Below, piece by piece: positions 7,254-14,442 of a stretch of 45,170 nt of DNA. Each line of letters begins with the position of its first letter. Within the stretch, counting starts at the first letter, position 1. The notes below the pieces were generated by a model that worked only from the letters and a program-made list of their open reading frames with translations, made no database searches and was not told the origin of the DNA. Made by a program: the position numbers and the translations under genes. The stretch lies in contig CAMXYS010000001.1 in the NCBI GenBank assembly GCA_947253135.1, positions 1 through 45,170 of the forward strand, written 5' to 3'. This DNA comes from an uncultured Clostridia bacterium (GTDB taxonomy: Bacteria; Bacillota; Clostridia; Saccharofermentanales; Fastidiosipilaceae).

Positions 7254-8060
7254 TTGGCTGACCGGATGACAGAAACAATCATCAAGAGTAAGCGACGCGT
7301 GCAAAAGCATGGCGAAGTTTTTACGCCTAAATGGATGGTAAACCGTATGCTTAATGAGCCCGGTATTAAGGAGGCCTGCCAAGACCCGGGAGCCCGCTTT
7401 TTGGAACCGGCAGCCGGCGAAGGGGCCTTTCTGAGGCAAATTTTGAAGCGTAAGCTCAAAGCGGTGACGGACCGGATCCAGGTCGGTCAGATAGACCAAG
7501 CCCCGCCTTCTTTTGAACAAATAGAAGGGCACCTGCTGCTAGCACTTTCGTCGCTTTATGGAATTGAATTGTTAGAAGACAATGCCCGCCAATGTGCCAT
7601 CAATCTTTTTTATAGCTTTACCAGAGCCTACGAAGCATATGCCAAGGCACAAGGTAGAAAAACGAGACCCGGCGTGCTTAAAAGTGCCCAATTTATCATC
7701 TCTAAAAATATAATGGAAGGTGATTTTTTAAAGAGGTCAAAGACAGATGGTCAAGCCATTATCTTTAGTGAATGGGAACCTTTACCGTCAGACCCAAAGC
7801 GCCGTCACCTTTATGTACAAAGGACGGAGTACAGCCTACAAGAGATTTATGACGGGCTTAAGTTGTCTCCCGGCCGCATCTACTGTGGCGAAACACCGGA
7901 GTCACCTAAGCAAATTTCCATCTTCGATTTATTAGCTCCATCAGCAGGGACTGAACAGGAGGTAATACCCGCGGAGCCGCTTGTAAGATACCAAGTTTGC
8001 CGAATTGACCGCGTCTATTTAGAGAAAGTTGAGGAAGTCCATGGACAAGACCTTAATTAG
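7254..8060 (+). CDS. Methyltransferase-fold protein (268 aa) with motif X and SAM motif I but no (D/N)PP(Y/F/W) catalytic motif
   Basis: GEVFTPKWMVNRML (motif X-like), FLEPAAGEGAFL (motif I), LYGIELLEDNARQCAINL (motif II-like), NIMEGDFL (motif III-like). Where FDxxxGNPPY is expected the sequence reads AIIFSEWEPL. TTG start at 7254, 7 nt after GGGGGG (an alternative ATG is at 7266). The 3' end overlaps the next gene by 20 nt. Confidence 0.7.
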   Translation: MADRMTETIIKSKRRVQKHGEVFTPKWMVNRMLNEPGIKEACQDPGARFLEPAAGEGAFLRQILKRKLKAVTDRIQVGQIDQAPPSFEQIEGHLLLALSSLYGIELLEDNARQCAINLFYSFTRAYEAYAKAQGRKTRPGVLKSAQFIISKNIMEGDFLKRSKTDGQAIIFSEWEPLPSDPKRRHLYVQRTEYSLQEIYDGLKLSPGRIYCGETPESPKQISIFDLLAPSAGTEQEVIPAEPLVRYQVCRIDRVYLEKVEEVHGQDLN

Positions 8061-11000
8061 GCCCTTCGAGCAAAGAGATTTAAAAATTTATGGCTACACC
8101 CTGCCGGAAGTGCCTAGCCATGACGGTTACATCAAGATTGGGGAGACCGGCCGTGATGTTAGGCAAAGAATTTTGGAACAGGTAGGGACTGCCGGTTTGA
8201 CGCCTGACATCCGCTTTCAAAGACGGGCACAAAAGGCCAATGGGGAATGGTTTCATGACAAGGATTTGCACCGCTACCTGATCGCCAGAGGCAAGCGCCG
8301 GGCAAATTTTGGCACGAGGGCGGACGAGTGGTTCTATTTTAACGGTGAGATCGACCAGGCTGAAGTTTATACGGATGACTTTATCGCTACAGGTGCAGCC
8401 ACACAGCAGCAAATCAGCCAAGATGAACGACTGGATTATACCCTGCGCCAAGAGCAGGCGATTGCGGTAGAGCAAACTTTTGCCTATTGGCAAACTCATA
8501 CGGCTGACCGGGAATTCTTGTGGAATGCTAAGCCCCGCTTTGGCAAAACATTAACGACTTATGATTTTATGCTTAAGATCGGGGCAAGAACGACCTTGAT
8601 CGTGACCAACCGGCCGGCTATTGCCAATTCCTGGTATGACGACTTCAGAAAATTTATCGGCTGGAAACAAGAAAAACGTCAATATTATTTTGTTTCCGGC
8701 ATGGAGGAGCTAATCCGAGCTGGGGCCCTCACTTATGAACAGTATATAGAAGTTATTCCCCAGATTGGCGAGGCTGATATCGGGTTGGTGGTTTTCCTTT
8801 CTTTACAGGATTTGAAGGGGGCTAAATTTGCCGGCGGCCCTTATGAAAAATTGGGCTGGGTGGCTGATTTTAAATGGGATCTCCTAGTGATTGACGAGGC
8901 CCATGAAGGGGTGGACACAGCCAAGACGGACCAAGCTTTCGACCGTATTGTAAGGGACTTTACTCTCCACTTGTCCGGCACGCCCTTCAAGGCCTTAGCG
9001 AATGAAAAATTTCAGGCGGACCAGATTTATAATTGGTCCTACTTGGACGAACAAAAGGCCAAGCAAGACTGGGATCCGACCCTTGATACCAACCCCTATG
9101 CACCCTTGCCTGCTTTAAGTCTTTTTACCTACCAGATGGGCAATTTGATTACAGACCGGATGCAGTCGGCCGCCCATACAGAAGAGGGGAATATCGATTT
9201 TACCTTTGACTTAAATGAATTTTTCAGGACAGATGAGCAGGGAAGCTTTGCCCATGAGGAGGCGGTCAAGTGTTTTTTAGACCGACTGACGAGTGGCCGG
9301 ATGCCTTTTTCGCCGACTGAATATTTACATGAATTAAACCATACTTTTTGGCTTTTGCCCCGGGTTGCAGCCTGCAAGGCAATGGAAAAGCTTTTACATA
9401 GGCACCCCGTCTTTAAGGACTATCAGACTGTCTTGGCAGCCGGAGATGGTGAAAGTTTGGCAGGGCCCTTGATAGAAGGTGAGGTCCTGCCCAGTGAGGT
9501 TGAGCAGGCCAAGCGAACCAGCAGCAGCTATGCCAAGGTAAAAGAAGCCATTAAAAACTGTGAAAAGACCATCACCTTGTCAGTTTCTCAGTTGACAACC
9601 GGGGTCACAGTGCCGGAGTGGACAGCAGTTTTGATGCTCAGCAATATTCAGTCACCGGCCCTTTATTTCCAGGCGGCCTTCCGCGCCCAAAATCCCTATG
9701 AATATGAGAAAAATGGGAAGCTTTTCCGGAAGGAAAATGCCTATGTTTTTGACTTCGCACCGGAGCGGACGCTGCTATTGTTTGATGAATTTGCCAACAA
9801 TTTGACTCCGGTTTCTAGGCTTAATAATGGCAGTCGGCAGGACAATATTCGGGAGCTTTTAAACTTCTTCCCGGTGATCGCAGCAGATGAGGCCGGTTAC
9901 ATGGAGGAGTTGGATGCTGCGGCAGTGCTGACTATCCCTCGGCGTTTAAAGGCCCAAGAGGTGGTACGGCAGGGCTTTATGTCCAACCTCTTGTTCCAAA
10001 ATATTGCCGGTATTTTTGCGGCACCTGCTTTTATAAAGGAAATTTTAGACAAGGTTAAGCCGGAAGAAAACAAGAAGCAGGCTAAGGAAAAAAGACCTAC
10101 GCGGATTGCAGACCTGGAGTTAGACCGGCAGGGGCAGGTGGTGGTCGATCAAGGCATTGTCATCAATAAGAAGAAAGACTTTTTTGGTGATAAGCTATAT
10201 GAGGCAGTTGAGCTTTCGGCCACAGCTACAGAGCGAAAAATTGTGAGCCAATTGATGGAACAGACCAGGCTCGGCTTAGAGAAGATGGGCCAGGCGGAGG
10301 GTTGGAAAGGCCGGGAATTACAACAACGGGAGAAGTGGTTTAGGGACAAGGCTGCGGCGGTGGTGGCGGAGGCTGTGGACTCCTATCAGGCAGACTTGAC
10401 AGCGGTTCATGAGGACTACCGGCAGGCTCTGGCTGACGTCCACGAGACAAGGACGGAAGAGGAAATCCGAGCGGCCAGAAATGAAGGGGAGGAGCGTGCT
10501 CGGCTAATACGGGATGAGGTTATTTTGGCCAGGGTGGAAGCTCTGCCTGAGGAATTGATTAAACGCGAAGAAGTCCGCAAGGAAGAAAAGAAGAAAAGGG
10601 ACAGTGAGGCGGATGTCAGAGACCACCTGCGTGGCTTTACCCGGTCTATACCGGCCTTTTTGATGGCCTATGGAAGTCCAGAAACCCGGTTAGCGACTTT
10701 CGAGCAAGGAATTGATCCGGCTACTTTTGAAGAAACGACCGGTATCAGCCTGGAAGAGTTTGAGCTTTTGCGAGATGGCTGCAATTTTGAAGATGAAGAA
10801 GGTAACCTCCAAGTCTTCAAGGGCTTTTTTGATGAATTAATCTTTGACCGCAGCATAGAGGAGTTTTTTCGTAAAAAGGAAGAACTGGCCGACTATTTTG
10901 ATGAGAATTTGATGGAGGATATCTTTGACTATATTCCGGAGCAAAAGACAAATCAGATTTATACACCTCGGGCAGTTGTTCGCCTGATGGCAGATGCTTT

Positions 11001-12369
11001 GGAAGAAGAAAATCCCGGTATCTTTTCAGATCCAAACCGAACCTTTGTCGACCTTTATACAAAGAGTGGACTTTATTTAACAGAGCTGGTAAAGCGGTTA
11101 AATGAGGGGCTGAAGAAAAAAATCCCGAACCGGTTTGACCGGATCCGTCATATTTTAGAAAAGCAGGTCTATGGATTGGCACCCAGCAATATTATCTACA
11201 ATATTGCAAGAAATTATGTCTATGGGATCCATGACAGTGTGGATATCAGTAACTTAGTCGAGTGGGACATGGCTCGGTCGGCCAAGGAAGAAAGTATGAT
11301 AGAAGACTTGCCCCAGGCCTTTGGAGGAAAAGAGATGAAGTTTGATGTGGTGATTGGCAATCCACCCTACCAGGAGGAGATGAAAGGAACGAGTGATCGC
11401 CCAATATATCCGGAGTTTATGGAGGGAGCTTATAGCTTAGCAGATAAGGTCATCCTTATAACGCCGGGACGATTCTTATTTAATGCTGGTAAAACAAGTA
11501 AGCAATGGAATCAAAAAATGCTCCACGATGAGCATTTAAAAGTGATTTTTTATGAACAAAAAAGTGGCAAAGTCTTTCCTAATACAGATATCAAGGGCGG
11601 GGTGACAGTTACCTATCGAGATGCAAACCAAAAATTTGGGGCAATTGAGGTTTTTTCAGCGCATCAAGAGTTGAACAATATTTTACACAAGGTACTTGAG
11701 TTAGGTGAGGAAAGTTTTAGCAGTTTAGTTTATTCACCTGAAAGTTATAAACTTACTAATCAACTCCATAAGGATTTTCCGGAAGTTGAGGGAAGACTTA
11801 GCAAAGGTCATAAGTATGATGTTACAACCAATATCTTCGAGAAATTGCCGGAGTTTTTTTTAGATGAGGTAGAAGATGAGAACGGTTATGTACGGATTTA
11901 CGGCCGTGAAAACAATTTAAGGCTTAGCAAATATATAAAGGAAGAATATATTAGCGGCCCAGAAAATTTTAAACACTACAAGATTTTTGTTCCTAAGTCT
12001 AATGGGTCAGGGGCAATTGGTGAAAGACTTAGTACGCCGCTTCTCGGCCCGCCGCTTCTCGGCCCGCCGCTTCTCGGCCATACCCAGACCTTCTTGAGCA
12101 TTGGCAATTTTGAAAATGAGAATGAAGCTGTGGCGTGTTTGAAGTACGTAAAAACGTGTTTTTGCCGCGTTATGTTGGGAGTCCTGAAGGTAACCCAAGA
12201 CAATAAAAAATCAACTTGGAAGTATGTCCCCTTGCAAGATTTTACTTCTAACTCTGATATCGACTGGTCTAAATCCGTTGCTGAGATCGACCGGCAACTG
12301 TACGCTAAATATAAGCTATCAGCTGATGAGATAGACTTTATCGAGACCAACGTCCAGCCAATGGAATAA
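8041..12369 (+). CDS. Multidomain protein (1442 aa from ATG 8041): GIY-YIG/T5orf172-like module, SF2 (ResIII/DEAH) ATPase, charged coiled-coil linker, Eco57I-like N6-adenine DNA methyltransferase and a C-terminal specificity-like region
   Basis: Residues are numbered from the ORF-track start 8029. KIYGY...GYIKIGETGRDVRQRILEQ...EWFYF at about aa 18-105. Helicase motif I PRFGKT (GKT codons from 8542), motif II DEAH (from 8893), SGTPF, and QAAFRAQNP (motif VI-like). A KE-rich segment at about aa 680-870. IYTPRAVVRLM (motif X), FVDLYTKSGLYL (motif I-like), GNPPYQ (NPPY = 11359..11370). GAGGA SD at 8031..8035 favours ATG 8041 over the track's TTG 8029. Confidence 0.85.
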   Translation: MDKTLIRPFEQRDLKIYGYTLPEVPSHDGYIKIGETGRDVRQRILEQVGTAGLTPDIRFQRRAQKANGEWFHDKDLHRYLIARGKRRANFGTRADEWFYFNGEIDQAEVYTDDFIATGAATQQQISQDERLDYTLRQEQAIAVEQTFAYWQTHTADREFLWNAKPRFGKTLTTYDFMLKIGARTTLIVTNRPAIANSWYDDFRKFIGWKQEKRQYYFVSGMEELIRAGALTYEQYIEVIPQIGEADIGLVVFLSLQDLKGAKFAGGPYEKLGWVADFKWDLLVIDEAHEGVDTAKTDQAFDRIVRDFTLHLSGTPFKALANEKFQADQIYNWSYLDEQKAKQDWDPTLDTNPYAPLPALSLFTYQMGNLITDRMQSAAHTEEGNIDFTFDLNEFFRTDEQGSFAHEEAVKCFLDRLTSGRMPFSPTEYLHELNHTFWLLPRVAACKAMEKLLHRHPVFKDYQTVLAAGDGESLAGPLIEGEVLPSEVEQAKRTSSSYAKVKEAIKNCEKTITLSVSQLTTGVTVPEWTAVLMLSNIQSPALYFQAAFRAQNPYEYEKNGKLFRKENAYVFDFAPERTLLLFDEFANNLTPVSRLNNGSRQDNIRELLNFFPVIAADEAGYMEELDAAAVLTIPRRLKAQEVVRQGFMSNLLFQNIAGIFAAPAFIKEILDKVKPEENKKQAKEKRPTRIADLELDRQGQVVVDQGIVINKKKDFFGDKLYEAVELSATATERKIVSQLMEQTRLGLEKMGQAEGWKGRELQQREKWFRDKAAAVVAEAVDSYQADLTAVHEDYRQALADVHETRTEEEIRAARNEGEERARLIRDEVILARVEALPEELIKREEVRKEEKKKRDSEADVRDHLRGFTRSIPAFLMAYGSPETRLATFEQGIDPATFEETTGISLEEFELLRDGCNFEDEEGNLQVFKGFFDELIFDRSIEEFFRKKEELADYFDENLMEDIFDYIPEQKTNQIYTPRAVVRLMADALEEENPGIFSDPNRTFVDLYTKSGLYLTELVKRLNEGLKKKIPNRFDRIRHILEKQVYGLAPSNIIYNIARNYVYGIHDSVDISNLVEWDMARSAKEESMIEDLPQAFGGKEMKFDVVIGNPPYQEEMKGTSDRPIYPEFMEGAYSLADKVILITPGRFLFNAGKTSKQWNQKMLHDEHLKVIFYEQKSGKVFPNTDIKGGVTVTYRDANQKFGAIEVFSAHQELNNILHKVLELGEESFSSLVYSPESYKLTNQLHKDFPEVEGRLSKGHKYDVTTNIFEKLPEFFLDEVEDENGYVRIYGRENNLRLSKYIKEEYISGPENFKHYKIFVPKSNGSGAIGERLSTPLLGPPLLGPPLLGHTQTFLSIGNFENENEAVACLKYVKTCFCRVMLGVLKVTQDNKKSTWKYVPLQDFTSNSDIDWSKSVAEIDRQLYAKYKLSADEIDFIETNVQPME
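12035..12079 (+). repeat. Perfect 3 x 15-bp in-frame tandem repeat (CGCCGCTTCTCGGCC) encoding (P)LLGPPLLGPPLLG inside the C-terminal region of the fusion protein
   Basis: Counted base by base: the units are 12035..12049, 12050..12064 and 12065..12079, all identical. Confidence 0.95.
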
Positions 12370-12497
12370 GTTTTATGGGCCGGGTGGGCGCGGTCGGCTT
12401 TAGCCGGCCAAGGCCGCCCGGTCATAATGGACTTAGGGAGTTCTGCGAATCGGACTGCCAATGCAACTTTGCTCGACAAGCAACAAGGAGAGATTAA

Positions 12498-13955
12498 ATG
12501 GAGACAAAGGACCTGATTGATAGTTTCGATCCCTATGAACTTGCTAGCCGCAAAGAAGGGCAAACCTTTGAGCGGAAGAGCGCTCGGAAAAAACCAAAGG
12601 ATATTGCGCCTACTATTATCGCCTTTGCCAATACTGACGGTGGTGTTCTGGCCATTGGTATTGAAGATGACAGCACTTTGTCGGGCACCTCTTTTCAAGG
12701 TGCTTATACTTTAGATGACTATAAGGCCGCCATTAATAGTAATATTAAGGACCTACCGAATCTAGGATTCCATACGATCCCTTTTAAAGGAAAAGGATTG
12801 GAAGATAAAACTGATTATATTTATGTTATTACGGTCGAACTGTCGCGAAAACGAGTGGTGGCAGATGTGAGTGGGAAGGTATTTCTTCGCATTGGGGATA
12901 AAAGTCTGGTTCAGTCGCCGGCCCAAGTACAGCGTCTACAGTATGCTAAAGGTGAGCGCTTATATGAAGATAAAATAATAGACGAAGCATCTATTAAAGA
13001 TCTCGACACAGAATTACTTAATCGATACAAAAAACATAACAAGGCGGAGCAGTTGAGTGATGAACAAGTTCTTTCAGCTCGCGGGTTCATTCGTGACGGA
13101 CACTTGACTGCTTCAGCAATATTGATGTTCGGGAATAATCCTTTCATTTATCTGCCCCAATGCCGGCTACGCTTCCTGCGTTACGAAGGCGGAACTAAAG
13201 AAACCGGTGCTCGGATGAACTTGGTAAAAGATATAAATATTGAAGGAGCTTTGCCGCATATGATACGTGAGGCAGAGCAGGTCATTAAAAGCCAGTTGAG
13301 AGAATTCCAATTTTTGGGAGAAGATGGCCGTTTTAAAATTGTTCCGGAATATCCTGAGTTCGCCTGGCTCGAAGGAGTGGTTAATGCTCTTGTTCATCGC
13401 GATTATTCAATAACGGGTGACTACATAAGAGTCAGCATGTACGATGACCGGTTGGAAATCTTCAGTCCGGGAGCTTTGCCGGATATTGTAACGATAAAAA
13501 ATATGCGTTATACCCGTTTTGCTAGAAATCCTAGAATTGCCCGAGCTTTATCAGAATTTGGCTGGGTGAGGGAACTCAATGAAGGTGTTAACCGCATTTA
13601 TGATGAAATGAATCAATTTTTCCTTAAAGACCCTATTTATAGTGAGCCTAACCGCCATTCGGTACAGTTGAAATTAGAGAACAACTATGTATTGCGCCAC
13701 CAGAGAATCAATGAGAAAATCGATGAATTGCAAGGGCAGTTGTCATCGGACGCATTTAGCCCTAATGAGCGAAAGATTTTAGCTTATCTCTATAGCAATG
13801 AAAGTATCAATGTGCAAAAGGCATCAGAATTAATTGCGATGAGTGCTCCCAGTGCCCGCAAAATATTACGAGAACTTCTCAAAAAAGAGGCCGTGCAGTG
13901 GTTTGGTAATTCCGCCCGCGATCCCAAGCAATTCTATACTTGGCCGAGCCGGTAG
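12498..13955 (+). CDS. AlbA_2 (Schlafen-like) + HATPase_c_4 (RecG-C-terminal-like) + C-terminal wHTH-like protein, 485 aa
   Basis: The N-terminus ESFDPYELASRKEGQTFERKSA...IIAFANTDGGVLAIGIEDD is typical of AlbA_2 domains. EGVVNALVHRDYSITGDYIRVSMYDDRLEIFSPGALP is typical of the family usually annotated 'ATP-dependent DNA helicase RecG-like / putative transcriptional regulator'. AAGGAGAG SD before ATG 12498. Confidence 0.8.
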   Translation: METKDLIDSFDPYELASRKEGQTFERKSARKKPKDIAPTIIAFANTDGGVLAIGIEDDSTLSGTSFQGAYTLDDYKAAINSNIKDLPNLGFHTIPFKGKGLEDKTDYIYVITVELSRKRVVADVSGKVFLRIGDKSLVQSPAQVQRLQYAKGERLYEDKIIDEASIKDLDTELLNRYKKHNKAEQLSDEQVLSARGFIRDGHLTASAILMFGNNPFIYLPQCRLRFLRYEGGTKETGARMNLVKDINIEGALPHMIREAEQVIKSQLREFQFLGEDGRFKIVPEYPEFAWLEGVVNALVHRDYSITGDYIRVSMYDDRLEIFSPGALPDIVTIKNMRYTRFARNPRIARALSEFGWVRELNEGVNRIYDEMNQFFLKDPIYSEPNRHSVQLKLENNYVLRHQRINEKIDELQGQLSSDAFSPNERKILAYLYSNESINVQKASELIAMSAPSARKILRELLKKEAVQWFGNSARDPKQFYTWPSR

Positions 13956-14213
13956 ATTTTCGAGTAGATTTCATGATTTTCGAGTAGATTGAAATAAAAT
14001 GGTGTGGAACATCCAAGATAAAGCGTGAAACGGCTATAGGATTGAGCCTTTGTCTTCTTTTTTATGATTTTCGAGTAGATTTCATGATTTTCGAGTAGAT
14101 TTCGAGAAAACAGCGTGGAACATTCAAAATTAAGCGTGAAACGTCTGTAATATAAGACTGTTCACCACTGCCTCCGCCATTTTCGAGTAGATTTCATGAT
14201 TTTCGAGTAAAAT
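13955..14213. repeat. Iteron-like array: six copies of GATTTTCGAGTAGATT in three pairs, interleaved with paired AGCGTG(G/A)AAC motifs; unit of about 111 bp
   Basis: The 16-mer copies start at 13955, 13975, 14066, 14086, 14178 and 14198 (the last is degenerate). Spacing is 20 bp within pairs and 111-112 bp between pairs. The second motif occurs at 14001, 14022, 14112 and 14133 (21 bp apart, 111-bp register), with a degenerate copy at 14274. The first copy abuts the stop codon of the upstream gene. Confidence 0.9.
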
Positions 14214-14442
14214 CAGATGTATTTATTCGCTCGCTCTTGCGGGCTTGGCGGCAAGCTTTGCCATCTTGAAAAAAGCGTGACGGTAAGGTCTAAAGGCCTC
14301 TATATGAAGGTCAAAGTGAGAGAAAAGCCCAACTAGACAAAGTCCCGGTTTAAAAAGTTGATTGTTAGAAAAAGCGCTGGCCTAAGTGGGCTGCCGCTTT
14401 TCACTATAATAAAAAGAAAAGAAGAAATAGAGTGACCAGACC

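Noticed and set aside
7184-7532. Minus-strand ORFs 7184..7459 and 7236..7532 as the first gene of a third cassette
   Set aside because: They overlap the plus-strand methyltransferase-fold gene, which has clear motifs, and they lack similarity to the cassette proteins. Only a short 3'-end-like relic (about 7160..7181) resembles the cassettes.
8029-8040. TTG 8029 as the start of the large fusion protein
   Set aside because: ATG 8041 sits 5 nt after a GAGGA SD (8031..8035), whereas TTG 8029 has no SD. The difference is only 4 aa.
12007-12198. Minus-strand ORF encoding EKRRAEKRRAEKRR
   Set aside because: It is the antisense reading of the 15-bp tandem repeat inside the methyltransferase fusion gene, not an independent gene.
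13955-14213. Possible CRISPR array, because of regularly spaced direct repeats
   Set aside because: The repeats are only about 16 bp. They occur as pairs separated by 4 nt, and the intervening 'spacers' are themselves conserved between units. No cas genes or leader are present. It is a tandem or iteron-type repeat.
13973-14213. Repeated four-codon mini-ORF ATG ATT TTC GAG TAG (MIFE*) inside the 16-mer pairs
   Set aside because: No SD precedes any copy. The ATG is simply part of the TCATG linker between repeat copies, so it is most likely coincidental.
13955-14290. Type III toxin-antitoxin (ToxI-like repeated antitoxin RNA)
   Set aside because: ToxI-type arrays are followed on the same strand by the toxin endoribonuclease gene. 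Here the next gene is a housekeeping proline iminopeptidase with its own putative -10 element, and the upstream gene ends at the array. No candidate toxin is adjacent.
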